Assembly (NCBI GenBank): GCA_963932905.1 | Contig: CAWVRN010000011.1 | Span: 53,187-117,186 of the forward strand | Direction: 5' to 3' | From: an uncultured Bdellovibrio sp. | Lineage (GTDB): Bacteria; Bdellovibrionota; Bdellovibrionia; Bdellovibrionales; Bdellovibrionaceae | Length of the DNA stretch: 64,000 bases | Shown: positions 28,401 through 40,555 of the stretch, one piece after another | How the letters are laid out: every line of letters starts with the position of its first letter | Position numbering within the stretch: position 1 is the stretch's first letter | The notes under the pieces: model-generated | What the model was told of the DNA's origin: nothing | The model's input: only the letters and a program-made list of their open reading frames with translations | The model's database searches: none | Made by a program: the position numbers and the translations under genes

Positions 28401-31352
28401 ATGAAACTAATTTGGAGCAGATTCTTTAAGATTCTGTCCTATTCAAAAAGTCATCGCCGTATATCTGAATGGTGGCAGAATTTGTCGGTCACTAAAAAAC
28501 TATACGGAATTGTTGGCGTTATGGCGATGTTGATTGCTAGTGAATTGCTGACGTTGATGTTTGCGATGTCGACGTTGTCGGCAGTGCGTGCGTTTGTGGC
28601 TGGAGAAGGTCTTTGGACAAAAGCGCAAAAAGATGCGATCCATGGACTGTATCAGTATGCTATAAGCGGTGATGAAAAGTTTTTTGATAATTTTAAAGAA
28701 AATTTGATCATCAATGAAGGCGATCATATTGCTTTGGTAGAAATGTCGAAAGGCAATGAATTTGACCGGCAAGTCGTCCGCAGGGGATTTGTCATGGGCG
28801 GCAATCATCCTAAAGATATCGACGGGATGATTGATTTGTTAACCAAGTACTATTGGATCAGTTATATTGAGGATGCCATAACCGCATGGACCAAGGGCGA
28901 TAAATTACTAGCTGAACTCAGAAATTCTGCTGAAGATTTACATCAAGCGATTCAGAAAAAACGACCCAAAGTAAAAGCTCAGGCTCTAAAAAATATCGCT
29001 CGAATCAATAGTGAATTGACAGACGTAGAAATCAGTTTCTCTAAAGCGCTTGGTGCTGGATCAAGATGGCTAGAAAACATGCTTCTTACCGTGTTATTAC
29101 TTCTTGTCACCACAATCGAAGGGACGGGGCTTTACTTAACCTATCGATTCAGTAAGAACCTAAGTGCGACATTAAAAAACCTGGCTGACACAGCCGCGGA
29201 AGTTGGGCGTGGAAACTTTTCAAAAATGGCACCGGTGAATTCAAAAGACGAACTGGGGCAAGTCGCCATGGCATTGAATACCATGGCCAATGATTTGAAA
29301 GCTAGCGCTTTGAAGCGCGAACAAAGCGAAGAAGTTCTGCGATCGAGTGAAGAGAAATTCAGACTGCTTGTCGAGGCCGTTAACGAATATGCTATTTATA
29401 TGTTAGATCCAAATGGTATTGTTACCATTTGGAATTCTGGAGCACAAAATATTAAAGGTTACACCGCAGATGAAATTATCGGTAAACACCTTTCTATTTT
29501 TTATTCCAAAGAAGCGCAGGAAGCTCATCAACCGGAGAAGGATTTAGCTCGCGCCAGAACGAATGGCCGATATGAATATGAAGGAATACGCATTCGTAAA
29601 GATGGATCCACGTTCTTAGCCAGTCTGGTGATCACAGCATTGTATGATCGCAATGGTCAATTGAAGGGATACTCTAAGGTCACTCGCGATATTACTGAAC
29701 GCAAAGAAGCAGAACTGCGACTGTATCGACTGAACGAAAGTCTTGAAAGACGTTTTGAATCGCGAACTCGTGAACTGCAAGATCGCGATTATCAAATGCG
29801 GATTTTGACAAACGCATTACCTGTGCTGATTGCACAGATCGATATCAACGAGAAAATTATTTTCTCTAACGAAAAATTTGCTGAATGGGTAAATTGCAAT
29901 AATCAACATGTTGTTGGTCAGTCTCTGAAAGATACTGTGGGCAGTGAACGCTACCGTGCTTTAAGTAAATACGTAAAAAGAGTTTTAAGCGGCGAAGTTG
30001 TTTCTTACGAGCGAAGTGAGCGTGTGGCAGGGAATAGTCTTTTTGAAACTTTTTACAACATAACATTTGTTCCAGAGAAAGATTTATTGGGCCGAGTAAC
30101 TAGTTTTATTTTAGTCGCCAACGACGTCACGAAATATAAAGAAATCGAAGCAGAATTAAAAAGTGCAAAAGAACAAGCCGATGTCGCGAGTTCTACAAAA
30201 AGTGCCTTCTTAGCAAATATGAGTCACGAAATACGCACCCCACTTGGAGCCATTTTGAGTTTCTCTGAATTATTGCTCGGGCAAGAATTGACCTCGGAAG
30301 AACGTGTTCGTGGCGCCGAAGTAATTAAGCGAAACGGATTTTTATTGTCGAATATCATCAACGACATTTTGGATTTATCAAAAGTCGAAGCCGGTAAATT
30401 GGACATCGAACGGGTAGCTGTTCATTTTGATGAAGTCGTTAGTGAAATTAAATCGCTTTTAAATTTGAAGGCGACCGAGAAAGGAATTCGTTTAACGGTC
30501 ACCGCTGATGGTGGAGTACCTGATATCATTATGACGGATCCGCTACGATTAAGACAGATCTTGTTGAACATAGTAGGAAATGCGATCAAGTTCACTCAAC
30601 AAGGATCCGTCGAAATTAAAATCAGTTTGGTGTCTGAAAATTCTGGCGCGCCTAAATTACGATTCCTCGTGAAGGATACCGGTAAAGGCATCAAACCAGA
30701 ACATGCGAAAAAGTTATTTGAACCATTTAGTCAGGAAGACGTATCAACCACACGCAAATACGGTGGCACGGGATTGGGATTGGTACTGTCAAAAAAATTG
30801 GCGAACAGTTTGGGCGGTGATGTTGTTTTGCTTTCAAGCAACCCGGATGTCGGCAGTACATTTAGTATCACTATTGATCCCGGTGATTTGAAAAAAGTGT
30901 TATTTCAGAACTTTGAAACGAAGCACATCGATTCAGCACCAATAGTTGACGTGGATGTTGATTTTAGCCAAGTAAAAATTCTTTTGGTAGATGACAGTTT
31001 AGACAATCAGCTAATTGTTACTCATTTGTTAAGAAAGACGGGCGCTAAAATAGATACGGCTAGCAATGGTCGTGAAGGCGTCGATAAAGCTAAATTGAAT
31101 AACTACAATATAATCCTGATGGATTTACAAATGCCAGTGCTAGATGGTTACGGTGCTATTCAAGAATTGAAAGAGGCTGGATATAAAAAACCAATTATAG
31201 CGCTAACGGCGCACGCAATGAAAGAAGAACGTGTACGTTGTTTAGAAAATGGATTTGTTGATCATCTAAGTAAGCCTGTAGATCGGCAGCTATTAATAAA
31301 AGTTATAGATAAGAATACTAAAACTCGCGGCGAAATAAGCGCCACGTTATAG
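28401..31352 (+). CDS. Hybrid histidine kinase (TM sensor-HAMP-PAS-PAS-HisKA-HATPase-REC)
   Basis: [27 protein letters not shown]. Confidence 0.93.
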   Translation: MKLIWSRFFKILSYSKSHRRISEWWQNLSVTKKLYGIVGVMAMLIASELLTLMFAMSTLSAVRAFVAGEGLWTKAQKDAIHGLYQYAISGDEKFFDNFKENLIINEGDHIALVEMSKGNEFDRQVVRRGFVMGGNHPKDIDGMIDLLTKYYWISYIEDAITAWTKGDKLLAELRNSAEDLHQAIQKKRPKVKAQALKNIARINSELTDVEISFSKALGAGSRWLENMLLTVLLLLVTTIEGTGLYLTYRFSKNLSATLKNLADTAAEVGRGNFSKMAPVNSKDELGQVAMALNTMANDLKASALKREQSEEVLRSSEEKFRLLVEAVNEYAIYMLDPNGIVTIWNSGAQNIKGYTADEIIGKHLSIFYSKEAQEAHQPEKDLARARTNGRYEYEGIRIRKDGSTFLASLVITALYDRNGQLKGYSKVTRDITERKEAELRLYRLNESLERRFESRTRELQDRDYQMRILTNALPVLIAQIDINEKIIFSNEKFAEWVNCNNQHVVGQSLKDTVGSERYRALSKYVKRVLSGEVVSYERSERVAGNSLFETFYNITFVPEKDLLGRVTSFILVANDVTKYKEIEAELKSAKEQADVASSTKSAFLANMSHEIRTPLGAILSFSELLLGQELTSEERVRGAEVIKRNGFLLSNIINDILDLSKVEAGKLDIERVAVHFDEVVSEIKSLLNLKATEKGIRLTVTADGGVPDIIMTDPLRLRQILLNIVGNAIKFTQQGSVEIKISLVSENSGAPKLRFLVKDTGKGIKPEHAKKLFEPFSQEDVSTTRKYGGTGLGLVLSKKLANSLGGDVVLLSSNPDVGSTFSITIDPGDLKKVLFQNFETKHIDSAPIVDVDVDFSQVKILLVDDSLDNQLIVTHLLRKTGAKIDTASNGREGVDKAKLNNYNIILMDLQMPVLDGYGAIQELKEAGYKKPIIALTAHAMKEERVRCLENGFVDHLSKPVDRQLLIKVIDKNTKTRGEISATL

Positions 31353-31401
31353 ACTAATTGCCCCGAAAAATTCATAGATGATAATTAAGTGACAAGTGCT
31401 T

Positions 31402-31418
31402 TTGGTACTTGGATTGCT
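31402..31418 (+). promoter_or_regulatory. Sigma-54 -24/-12 promoter
   Basis: TTGGTACTTGGATTGCT; ATTGCCCCG half-site about 40 bp upstream. Confidence 0.65.
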
Positions 31419-31454
31419 TCTCTATATTTATTGTAGCTCATGGAGGGGCGAAAT

Positions 31455-31715
31455 ATGAACACTGAATTATTCACCAAGCAAATACCTAAGTTATTTCGAC
31501 AGATGTACCAAGGTCTTGAACAATATGATGCCTATGCGATTAAACGTGCGGCACACAATCTGAAAGATAGTTGCTGTTATTTAGAGCTAGACGATGTGGC
31601 GCAAGTCTGTCGCGATGTCGAAACCAGTGCGAACAAAGGCTTAGAGGGGCAGGCGGATGTTGCTTTGCTGATACAGAAACTAGAACGCGCCTTTTCTATC
31701 GAAATATTGAAATAA
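31455..31715 (+). CDS. Hpt phosphotransfer protein
   Basis: AAHNLKDS resembles the Hpt HxLKGS motif. Confidence 0.7.
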   Translation: MNTELFTKQIPKLFRQMYQGLEQYDAYAIKRAAHNLKDSCCYLELDDVAQVCRDVETSANKGLEGQADVALLIQKLERAFSIEILK

Positions 31716-31777
31716 GACGACACGAAAAAAGAAAGGAAGTTTTTTTGGAAGGGATTATTTTACTAAGGGAGGACAAT

Positions 31778-32329
31778 ATGTCGTTTTTAAACTTTATACA
31801 TAAAAGTCCAGAACCGACTAGTGCCAATGAGCAAGGGACTGCGGGTAATAGCGGTGCTCCCCAACTTATCAGTGAAGAAGTGAGCGGGGTAAACGACGAA
31901 TTCAATCAATACATGGAATACTACATGGACATGATTAGAATGAAATCAAAAGGAAATGTCCTAATTGTAGAAGATGATGAATTTTGTCGATTTATCATTG
32001 AAAACGCAGTTAAAGAATACAGCAGAGAGATTTCTATTACGACATGTGCATCTGTTGAAAACGCCGTCGAAATTTTGAAAAGCAAACCGTATGACTTAGT
32101 CATTTCTGATTACTATTTAGAGGGCAGCGGTAATGGACTGGATTTATGTCATCACGTAGGTACGTTTTATCCAAAAACAAAATGCCTAATGATGTCGAGT
32201 ATGAATTTTCCACAGTATAAAGAAGTCGTTTCTAAAGCAGGGGCATCACCCGAATTTATGGAAAAACCCATCAAACCATCATTGATAAAAAAATATTTAA
32301 CTTCGTTTTTTCAGGATCTGAATCCGTAG
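31778..32329 (+). CDS. Single receiver-domain response regulator
   Basis: LIVEDD, ISDYYL, EKP; GGAGG RBS before ATG 31778. Confidence 0.85.
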   Translation: MSFLNFIHKSPEPTSANEQGTAGNSGAPQLISEEVSGVNDEFNQYMEYYMDMIRMKSKGNVLIVEDDEFCRFIIENAVKEYSREISITTCASVENAVEILKSKPYDLVISDYYLEGSGNGLDLCHHVGTFYPKTKCLMMSSMNFPQYKEVVSKAGASPEFMEKPIKPSLIKKYLTSFFQDLNP

Positions 32330-32351
32330 ATAATTTTTCTACAAATTTTTG

Positions 32352-34430
32352 TTAGGTCAGAAAATTATCATTTGATTTCATAGTTTGTTTGCTTTTGCGA
32401 ACAAGGCGCGCAACCAAACTGATCAATTTTTCACTATTTACCGGTTTGGTAAAATGTTCTGTGCAACCGGCATTAAGGCAACGAGTACGTTCTTCCATCA
32501 ATGCGTGTGCGGTCAGTGCTACGATGGGAAGTTCAAAACCTCGTTTTCTAAGGATGCGAGTGGCTTCGTAACCATCCAATTTAGGCATTTGAATATCCAT
32601 TAAAATAATATCATAGTTACCTTCAGAGGCCTTGCTAATGCCTTCATAGCCATTGTCTGCAAAATCAACTTTTGCACCCGCAGAATTTAAAAACATACCA
32701 ATAACCATTTGGTTATCAGGAGCATCTTCCACTAAAAGTATGTTAATTCCTTTAAGAGAATTTTCTGTTACCTCCACGTTTTCGAAAGAAATGTCTTCGC
32801 GTTCTTGATCAAGGGATTTAAATCCGTTAACCCAATTACAATAGGGTACTGGACGCGCTTTGATTTGAATTTTAAACGTACTCCCATAATCAGCCTGAGT
32901 TGATTCTAACGTTACATTGCCGCCCAATGCTTGTGCCAATTTTTTTGATAGTGCCAAACCTAACCCGGTTCCGCCAAACAAGCGGGTAGTTGAACTATCG
33001 ACTTGAGCAAACGGTTGGAATAATCGTTCGACTTGATCGTTCTTAATACCGACACCAGAATCTTCGACTGTCATTTCTAAAGTTCCATCCTCTGCCAGTT
33101 GATCACCGATCCAACGCACACGAACTTGAACCGCTCCTTTTTCAGTAAACTTAATGGCATTGCTTACGATGTTAGTCAGTATTTGGCGTATACGAGTGGG
33201 GTCAGATTGAATTTTTTCAGGAATAAATGTTTCCAGAATAAATTTCAGATCAAGTCTTTTTTCCTCGGTTTTGATCGCAAGAAGTGATTTGATATCGTAC
33301 AGTAAGTCAGTCAGGTTAAATTCGATAATTTCAATTTCTAATCGGCCGGCTTCAATTTTTGAAATATCTAAAATTTCATCGATGACATTTAAAAGCTGCT
33401 TCCCATTTCGATGAATAGTGGAAATGGCATGCTGACGTTCAAACTCATTTTGTTTTGGATTTAATAGTAGTTCCGTAAAGCCAAGAATTGCGCTCATCGG
33501 TGTTCTGATTTCGTGACTCATATTTGCCAAGAAATAAGTTTTTGCCATATTGGCTGAAACGGCTTGTTGTTGTGCTATCACTAGTTTTTCTTCGCTGATC
33601 TTTCGATCATGAATGTCTGTGCAGGTTCCAACCCACGATACGACTTCGTGGCCTTTTAAATCTGGTACTGCGATAATCCAATGCCAGCGCCATTGGCCGT
33701 CGTGACGACGAATGCGGGATTCGATTTCAAATGCTTTCAGTGTTCCCATCGAACGCATCCAGTTCAGTAAAAAACGACCTAGGTCGTCCGGATGAATAGC
33801 ACTCTGCCATGCAGAGCCGATACTTTCACCGTCGGTAAGGCCGGTGTAACGATACCAAACATGATTAAAATAATCCACTGTGCCTTCAACACGTGCTTTC
33901 CATACTATGTGTGGAATTGAATCAGCTAACTTGCGATACTGGCGTAGACTTTCGACTTCGAGTTCCGTTAATTTGAAATATTTTTCACGACGTTCACTTT
34001 CTCGGATAATGATGGATTGCTGCTGTAGCTGTTGATTTTTTAAAAACAGATCTACGAATATTTTCACCTTCGAACGTAAAATATAGGGCTCAAACGGTTT
34101 GAAAATATAGTCGACTGCACCAGCTTCATAACCGCGGTATATATATTGATCGTCGGTATTGATGGCCGTGACAAAAATAATCGGCGTATCTTTGTGACCG
34201 CGATAGTTTTTTCGCATGAGTTGGGCTGTTTCGAAACCATCCATCTCGGGCATCTGTACGTCTAACAAAATGACGGCAAAGTTATATTTATCAAGCTGGC
34301 TTAATGCCTCAGGGCCGGATTGAGCCAACACCAAATTCAAATTTGGTATATCACGCAGTACGGCCTCCATAGCAATTAGGCCGTCCATTCTGTCGTCAAC
34401 AAGTAGTATATCCACCAAGGCAGGTTTCAT
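32352..34430 (-). CDS. Hybrid kinase REC-PAS-HisKA-HATPase-REC
   Basis: LDVQMP, PAS HPDD, MSHEIRTP, MDIQMP. Confidence 0.93.
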   Translation of the reverse strand: MKPALVDILLVDDRMDGLIAMEAVLRDIPNLNLVLAQSGPEALSQLDKYNFAVILLDVQMPEMDGFETAQLMRKNYRGHKDTPIIFVTAINTDDQYIYRGYEAGAVDYIFKPFEPYILRSKVKIFVDLFLKNQQLQQQSIIIRESERREKYFKLTELEVESLRQYRKLADSIPHIVWKARVEGTVDYFNHVWYRYTGLTDGESIGSAWQSAIHPDDLGRFLLNWMRSMGTLKAFEIESRIRRHDGQWRWHWIIAVPDLKGHEVVSWVGTCTDIHDRKISEEKLVIAQQQAVSANMAKTYFLANMSHEIRTPMSAILGFTELLLNPKQNEFERQHAISTIHRNGKQLLNVIDEILDISKIEAGRLEIEIIEFNLTDLLYDIKSLLAIKTEEKRLDLKFILETFIPEKIQSDPTRIRQILTNIVSNAIKFTEKGAVQVRVRWIGDQLAEDGTLEMTVEDSGVGIKNDQVERLFQPFAQVDSSTTRLFGGTGLGLALSKKLAQALGGNVTLESTQADYGSTFKIQIKARPVPYCNWVNGFKSLDQEREDISFENVEVTENSLKGINILLVEDAPDNQMVIGMFLNSAGAKVDFADNGYEGISKASEGNYDIILMDIQMPKLDGYEATRILRKRGFELPIVALTAHALMEERTRCLNAGCTEHFTKPVNSEKLISLVARLVRKSKQTMKSNDNFLT

Positions 34431-34432
34431 TT

Positions 34433-37400
34433 TTATGACTCTTTACTGCTAAGCCATTTATAAATCACAGCGAGTAAATGGTTTTCGTCGACTGGTTTAG
34501 TGACGTAGTCAGACGCACCAGCTTCTAGACATTTCTCTCTATCACCTTTCATGGCTTTAGCCGTAAGCGAGATGATTGGTAAGTGCTGGAATTTTTCAAT
34601 TTGTCTAATTTTCTGGGTAGCTGCTAGTCCATCCATTTCAGGCATCATTGTGTCCATCAAGACCAAGTCTGTTTCAGGATTTTCGACCAAGATATCGACG
34701 CCATGTTTACCGTTTTCCGCATAGATGACTTCGATGCCCCGGTTTTTTAAAATACTAGTTAATGCGAAAACGTTACGAACATCGTCATCAATGACTAAAA
34801 TTTTGCGACCTGTGAAATCAGCATCTACGGGCAGTGGATAGTTAGCGCTCTCTAAGGACGCCAGCGCACTGGTCGTTATTTCCGATCCAGTGTATTTTTG
34901 AGGCAGGAATAACGTGAACACGCTACCGTGTCCTGGTTGGCTTTCCACTTCAATAATGCCGCCTAGGAGACGTGCGATTTCGCGACTGATTGTTAGGCCC
35001 AATCCTGTGCCTCCGTATTTCCTGCTTGTCGTGCCGTCTGCTTGTTGGAACGCTTCAAAGATTAGTTTTTGTTTTTCCCGAGGAATACCAATACCAGTGT
35101 CAGTCACTCGGAAGACAATGGCACTCTTTGCTTTATTTAGTGTATCTAAGGCGAAGTGACGGGTCTTATCGGCTAGTGCGATTTCTAAAGTCACTTGGCC
35201 CTTTTCTGTAAATTTAAATGCGTTCGACAATAGATTTTTCAGAATCTGTTGCAAACGATTTTCATCGGTGTACATCGTTTTAGGTACGTCATCAGCCATT
35301 TTAATCGCAAAATTTAAACCTTTGTGTTCTGCGACCGGTTTAAATGTTTGCTCTAGGTAATCCCGCGCATCTTTGATTTCTACCGCTTTCGGAGTCACTG
35401 GCATCTTTCCAGCTTCCACTTTTGATAGATCCAAGATTTCGTTGATCAATGCTAATAGGTCTTGACCTGCAGAATGTACCGTCGTTGCAAACTTCACTTG
35501 TTCCGTACTTAAGTTTTTCTCGCGATTCTCTGCTAGTGTTTTCGACAAGATTAACAAACTATTAAGTGGTGTACGTAATTCATGCGACATGTTTGCCAAG
35601 AATTCTGATTTGTACTTCGAAATAAGTGACAGCTGCTCTGCTTTTTCTTCTAATGATCGTGAAGCCAGCTCGACCTCTTGATTCTTAACTTCAAGCAGCT
35701 TTGAACGTTCTTCCAGCTCGGTCGCTTGCGCTTCCAGTTCGGCATTGGAACGTTTTAATTCCTGTAGAAGTTCTTCCGTTCTCATGCTTGACGAAATCAT
35801 GTTCAAGATAACGCCGATGGAATCCATCAACTGATCTAGGAACGCAATATAGTTCTGCGAAAACGATCGATTCGAAGCTAATTCGATAACGGCTTTTAAT
35901 TCGCCCTCGAATAGAACGGGTAGTACGATGATATTTTTAGGTTTCTCTTCCTGTAAAGAAGACGAAATCATTACGTAATCTTCGGTTGGTTGGCGCAAGA
36001 TAATGCGTTTTCTTTCGAATGCACATTGACCGACCAATCCTTCTTTAAATTTATATTTATTAGAAACATTGCGACGTTCTGTGAATGCGTAGCTTGCGAT
36101 CAAATTTAATGTCGATTCATGATTTTCAGAATCAATCATGAAGAATGTTCCATGTTGAGCATCTACCAGGGGAGTCAACTCCGACATGATCAGCTGAGCC
36201 ACCGAAGTGATACTGCGCTGACCTTGCATCATGCTCGAGAATTTAGCTAAGTTTGTTTTTAGCCAATCTTGCTCTTTATTTTTCTCGGTTGTATCTTTTA
36301 GGTTTCCGATCATTTGATTCAGATTACCTTTAAGTGCGGCAACCTCGCCTTGCGCTTCTACCGTGATCGATCGAGTTAAGTCACCTTTTGTAACCGCAGT
36401 CGAAACTTCCGCGATCGCACGAACCTGAGACGTTAAGTTTCCGGCTAGCTGATTCACGTTATCCGTTAAATCTTTCCAAGTACCAGAGGCACCTGGAACT
36501 TTTGCTTGTCCACCCAGTTTACCTTCGATACCCACCTCGCGGGCAACCGTCGTAACCTGATCAGCGAATGTTCGTAGTGTGTCCGTCATCGAATTGATTG
36601 TTTCTGCTAGGGCCGCAACCTCACCCTTTGCTTCCAGAACGAATTTCTGATTCAAGTCACCGTTGGCAACGGCTGTCACGACTTTCACGATACCACGAAC
36701 TTGTGTGGTTAAGTTTGTCGCCATGAAATTCACGTTATCCGTTAAATCTTTCCAAGTACCAGAGACACCCGGAACGCGCGCTTGTGCACCCAGTTTACCT
36801 TCGATACCCACCTCGCGGGCAACCGTCGTAACCTGATCAGCGAATGTTCGTAGTGTGTCCGTCATCGAATTGATTGTTTCTGCTAGGGCCGCAACCTCAC
36901 CCTTTGCTTCCAGAACGAATTTCTGATTCAAGTCACCGTTGGCAACGGCTGTCACGACTTTTACGATACCACGAACTTGTGTGGTTAAGTTTGACGCCAT
37001 GAAATTCACGTTGTCTGTTAGATCTTTCCATGTGCCGCTGACACCTTTAACTTCCGCTTGTCCGCCCAGTTTCCCTTCAGTACCAACTTCCTTCGCCACA
37101 CGAGTCACCTCCGCGGCGAACGAGTTCAGCTGATCCACCATGACGTTGATTGTGTTTTTAAGTTCCAGGATTTCGCCTTTGGCATCAACGGTAATTTTTT
37201 GAGATAAGTCGCCATTTGCAACAGCAGTGGTAACTTTAGCGATATTACGAACCTGTGCCGTTAAATTTCCAGCTAGACCATTCACGTTGTCTGTTAAATC
37301 TTTCCATGTTCCACTAACGCCCTTAACATCGGCTTGTCCGCCTAATTTTCCTTCGGTACCAACTTCTTTCGCCACACGAGTCACTTCGGCAGCGAACGAG

Positions 37401-39949
37401 TTCAACTGATCCACCATGACGTTGATTGTGTTTTTCAGCTCTAGGATTTCGCCTTTGGCATCGACCGTGATTTTCTGAGATAAGTCGCCTTTAGCAACCG
37501 CTGTTGTTACTTTAGCGATATTACGAACTTGATCCGTTAGATTTCCAGCTAGACCATTCACATTGTCTGTTAGATCTTTCCAAGTGCCGCTGACGCCTTT
37601 AACATCGGCTTGTCCGCCCAGTTTCCCTTCAGTACCAACTTCTTTCGCCACACGAGTCACCTCGGCAGCGAATGATGAAAGCTGATCCACCATGACGTTG
37701 ATGGTGTTTTTTAACTCGAAGATCTCGCCTTTAGCATCGACCGTAATTTTTTGAGATAAGTCACCTTTAGCAACCGCTGTTGTTACTTTAGCGATATTAC
37801 GAACTTGATCTGTTAAGTTTCCAGCAAGGCCATTTACGTTATCAGTTAAATCTTTCCAAGTCCCACTAACACCTTTTACGTCTGCTTGCCCACCAAGTCG
37901 TCCTTCGGTACCAACTTCCTTCGCCACACGAGTCACCTCGGCAGCGAACGAGTTCAACTGATCCACCATGACGTTGATAGTATTTTTCAGCTCTAGGATT
38001 TCACCTTTAGCATTTACTGTAATTTTTTGAGATAAGTCACCTTTAGCAACGGCTGTTGTTACTTTAGCGATATTACGAACTTGATCCGTTAAGTTTCCCG
38101 CTAGGCCGTTCACATTATCAGTTAGATCCTTCCATGTTCCACTAACGCCCTTAACATCGGCTTGTCCGCCCAGTTTTCCTTCGGTACCAACTTCCTTCGC
38201 CACACGAGTCACTTCAGCAGCGAACGAGTTCAGCTGATCCACCATGACGTTGATGGTATTTTTTAATTCAAAGATTTCGCCCTTGGCATCAACCGTAATC
38301 TTTTGCGACAAGTCGCCTTTGGCTACGGCCGTAGTTACCTTCGCAATGTTACGAACCTGATTCGTCAAATTGCCGGCTAGACCATTTACGTTATCAGTTA
38401 AATCTTTCCATGTGCCGCTAACACCTTTAACTTCCGCTTGTCCGCCTAGTTTCCCTTCGGTACCAACTTCCTTCGCCACACGAGTTACTTCGGCGGCGAA
38501 CGAGTTCAGCTGATCCACCATGACGTTGATTGTATTTTTAAGTTCCAGGATTTCGCCTTTGGCATCAACCGTGATTTTCTGAGATAAGTCGCCTTTAGCA
38601 ACCGCTGTTGTTACTTTAGCGATATTACGAACCTGCGCCGTTAGATTTCCAGCTAGACCATTCACATTATCAGTTAGATCCTTCCATGTTCCACTAACGC
38701 CTTTAACATCGGCTTGTCCGCCTAATTTTCCTTCGGTACCAACTTCTTTCGCCACACGAGTTACTTCGGCAGCGAACGAGTTCAGCTGATCCACCATGAC
38801 GTTGATGGTATTTTTTAACTCGAAGATCTCGCCTTTAGCATCGACCGTGATTTTCTGAGATAAGTCACCTTTAGCAACCGCTGTTGTTACTTTTGCGATG
38901 TTACGAACCTGATTCGTCAGATTTCCAGCCAGACCATTCACGTTGTCTGTTAAATCTTTCCATGTGCCGCTGACGCCTTTAACATCGGCTTGTCCGCCTA
39001 GTTTCCCTTCGGTACCAACTTCCTTCGCCACACGAGTTACTTCGGCGGCGAACGAGTTCAGCTGATCCACCATGACGTTGATGGTGTTTTTTAACTCGAA
39101 GATTTCACCTTTGGCATCGACCGTAATTTTTTGCGACAAATCGCCTTTGGCAACGGCAGTGGTCACTTTAGCGATATTACGAACTTGATCTGTTAAGTTT
39201 CCGGCAAGGCCATTTACGTTATCAGTTAAATCGCGCCAGATGCCCGAGGCACCCCGAACGTCGGCCTGTCCACCTAATTTACCCTCGGTGCCGACCTCCT
39301 TCGCTACGCGCGCCACTTCGGATGTGAACGAGTTTAGTTGATCCACCATAGTGTTCACTGTAGTACCGATTCGAAGGAATTCCCCCTTAACTGTACGACC
39401 ATCAATTTCAAGTGACATCTTTTGCGACAAATCGCCTTTTGCCACAGATGTGATAACACGCGCGACTTCTACCGTGGGCTGCACAAGATCACCAATTAAT
39501 AAGTTAATAGAATCAACACCGGATGCCCACGAACCCTTAACGGTTCCCATTGAAACACGCTCGTTCATTTTACCTTCTTGGCCAACCGTAGTTCTTACGC
39601 GCAAAAATTCATTCGCCATATTTTCATTGAGTTCAATGATATCATTTAATACTTCGCCAATTTCAGATATAATTCCTTCTTCTTCAGTCAATGGAACGCG
39701 TACGGAGAAATCACCACGTCGTACAAGCTTGACTGTGTTTAACAACTGACGAAGTTGTTCGCGTGGAGCCGTAGAATTCGAAGGCATAGGCGTTAGGGGA
39801 GGGGCGACGGCTGTGTTTTCGTTTTCCAAATCAAGGGGATTTAGAGCAAATTGCTTGACCGAGATTTTATTTTTTCCCGATTTCAACTTCGATTTACTCT
39901 TTTTTACAATTCTAGAATTTGCTGGCGAAGCCAATTCTGATTTTTGCAT
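34433..39949 (-). CDS. Poly-HAMP-GAF hybrid histidine kinase
   Basis: Eleven DLTDNVN-containing 92-aa repeats, [13 protein letters not shown]-terminal REC; probable start MQKSEL with GGAGG RBS. Confidence 0.93.
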   Translation of the reverse strand: MQKSELASPANSRIVKKSKSKLKSGKNKISVKQFALNPLDLENENTAVAPPLTPMPSNSTAPREQLRQLLNTVKLVRRGDFSVRVPLTEEEGIISEIGEVLNDIIELNENMANEFLRVRTTVGQEGKMNERVSMGTVKGSWASGVDSINLLIGDLVQPTVEVARVITSVAKGDLSQKMSLEIDGRTVKGEFLRIGTTVNTMVDQLNSFTSEVARVAKEVGTEGKLGGQADVRGASGIWRDLTDNVNGLAGNLTDQVRNIAKVTTAVAKGDLSQKITVDAKGEIFELKNTINVMVDQLNSFAAEVTRVAKEVGTEGKLGGQADVKGVSGTWKDLTDNVNGLAGNLTNQVRNIAKVTTAVAKGDLSQKITVDAKGEIFELKNTINVMVDQLNSFAAEVTRVAKEVGTEGKLGGQADVKGVSGTWKDLTDNVNGLAGNLTAQVRNIAKVTTAVAKGDLSQKITVDAKGEILELKNTINVMVDQLNSFAAEVTRVAKEVGTEGKLGGQAEVKGVSGTWKDLTDNVNGLAGNLTNQVRNIAKVTTAVAKGDLSQKITVDAKGEIFELKNTINVMVDQLNSFAAEVTRVAKEVGTEGKLGGQADVKGVSGTWKDLTDNVNGLAGNLTDQVRNIAKVTTAVAKGDLSQKITVNAKGEILELKNTINVMVDQLNSFAAEVTRVAKEVGTEGRLGGQADVKGVSGTWKDLTDNVNGLAGNLTDQVRNIAKVTTAVAKGDLSQKITVDAKGEIFELKNTINVMVDQLSSFAAEVTRVAKEVGTEGKLGGQADVKGVSGTWKDLTDNVNGLAGNLTDQVRNIAKVTTAVAKGDLSQKITVDAKGEILELKNTINVMVDQLNSFAAEVTRVAKEVGTEGKLGGQADVKGVSGTWKDLTDNVNGLAGNLTAQVRNIAKVTTAVANGDLSQKITVDAKGEILELKNTINVMVDQLNSFAAEVTRVAKEVGTEGKLGGQAEVKGVSGTWKDLTDNVNFMASNLTTQVRGIVKVVTAVANGDLNQKFVLEAKGEVAALAETINSMTDTLRTFADQVTTVAREVGIEGKLGAQARVPGVSGTWKDLTDNVNFMATNLTTQVRGIVKVVTAVANGDLNQKFVLEAKGEVAALAETINSMTDTLRTFADQVTTVAREVGIEGKLGGQAKVPGASGTWKDLTDNVNQLAGNLTSQVRAIAEVSTAVTKGDLTRSITVEAQGEVAALKGNLNQMIGNLKDTTEKNKEQDWLKTNLAKFSSMMQGQRSITSVAQLIMSELTPLVDAQHGTFFMIDSENHESTLNLIASYAFTERRNVSNKYKFKEGLVGQCAFERKRIILRQPTEDYVMISSSLQEEKPKNIIVLPVLFEGELKAVIELASNRSFSQNYIAFLDQLMDSIGVILNMISSSMRTEELLQELKRSNAELEAQATELEERSKLLEVKNQEVELASRSLEEKAEQLSLISKYKSEFLANMSHELRTPLNSLLILSKTLAENREKNLSTEQVKFATTVHSAGQDLLALINEILDLSKVEAGKMPVTPKAVEIKDARDYLEQTFKPVAEHKGLNFAIKMADDVPKTMYTDENRLQQILKNLLSNAFKFTEKGQVTLEIALADKTRHFALDTLNKAKSAIVFRVTDTGIGIPREKQKLIFEAFQQADGTTSRKYGGTGLGLTISREIARLLGGIIEVESQPGHGSVFTLFLPQKYTGSEITTSALASLESANYPLPVDADFTGRKILVIDDDVRNVFALTSILKNRGIEVIYAENGKHGVDILVENPETDLVLMDTMMPEMDGLAATQKIRQIEKFQHLPIISLTAKAMKGDREKCLEAGASDYVTKPVDENHLLAVIYKWLSSKES
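36340..39440. repeat. 276-bp coding tandem repeats (HAMP array)
   Basis: Recurring CGCCACACGAGT/ATCCACCATGACGTTGAT blocks at 276-bp spacing. Confidence 0.9.
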
Positions 39950-40160
39950 CGATCCTCCAAGAACACTTGTTTTGCGTGTATTTCCTTGAGTAAACAGAAA
40001 TAAAAATCGCCTGGCCACAGATTTTATTTTTTGTCATTTTGTTGGGGCAAAATTCCACAACCCCAGTCTATGTTGTTAGAAAAGCTAAATTATTGTGTTT
40101 AGTGACATCATGTATTCTTGGAAAAACTGGCTGACTAAATTAGTTAAATTTTTGTCAAAA

Positions 40161-40190
40161 AAAACCCAATCGTAAAAACGATTGGGTTTT
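40161..40190. terminator. Bidirectional terminator-like hairpin
   Basis: AAACCCAATCGT-aaaa-ACGATTGGGTTTT. Confidence 0.75.
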
Positions 40191-40222
40191 AAATACGAAG
40201 CTCTATCGATCAGAGATTTTTG

Positions 40223-40513
40223 TTAAGAGAGGAACCGGTGACTTTTCCACTGATTCATTTCTGACATAATTCCCTGTTGAGCTTTCTGGAACGAATTCAG
40301 AAGAGAAAAACCTGAACTTTCTGATTTAAAGTCTTTACATGACGCATTCACAGAAATGACTGCGTTGTAAGAACCGTCAGGTGTTTGCGCTACTTTGGCC
40401 TGAACGTACGAATCAGAGGGAGCTAATTCGTTGATGATGTTCAGGATATTAGAGCAAACTTGCTGTTCGCTTTTATTCGGAGTGAAGTGTTTATACCTTA
40501 CTTGATTTTCCAT
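40223..40513 (-). CDS. Small protein, possibly HPF/RaiA-like fold
   Basis: 96 aa, beta-alpha-beta3-alpha pattern, GAGGAGG RBS. Confidence 0.5.
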   Translation of the reverse strand: MENQVRYKHFTPNKSEQQVCSNILNIINELAPSDSYVQAKVAQTPDGSYNAVISVNASCKDFKSESSGFSLLNSFQKAQQGIMSEMNQWKSHRFLS

Positions 40514-40555
40514 GGTTTCCTCCTCTATTCGTTGAACTTTCTGATGGCTTGTTAT

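Noticed and set aside
36340..39440. Regularly spaced repeats as a CRISPR array or mobile repeat
   Set aside because: They are in-frame 276-bp coding HAMP repeats with no unique spacers and no cas genes
39950..40060. Sigma-54 promoter for the poly-HAMP kinase
   Set aside because: A strong 17-bp box is present (40043-40059) but I found no GG-N10-GC in the right orientation
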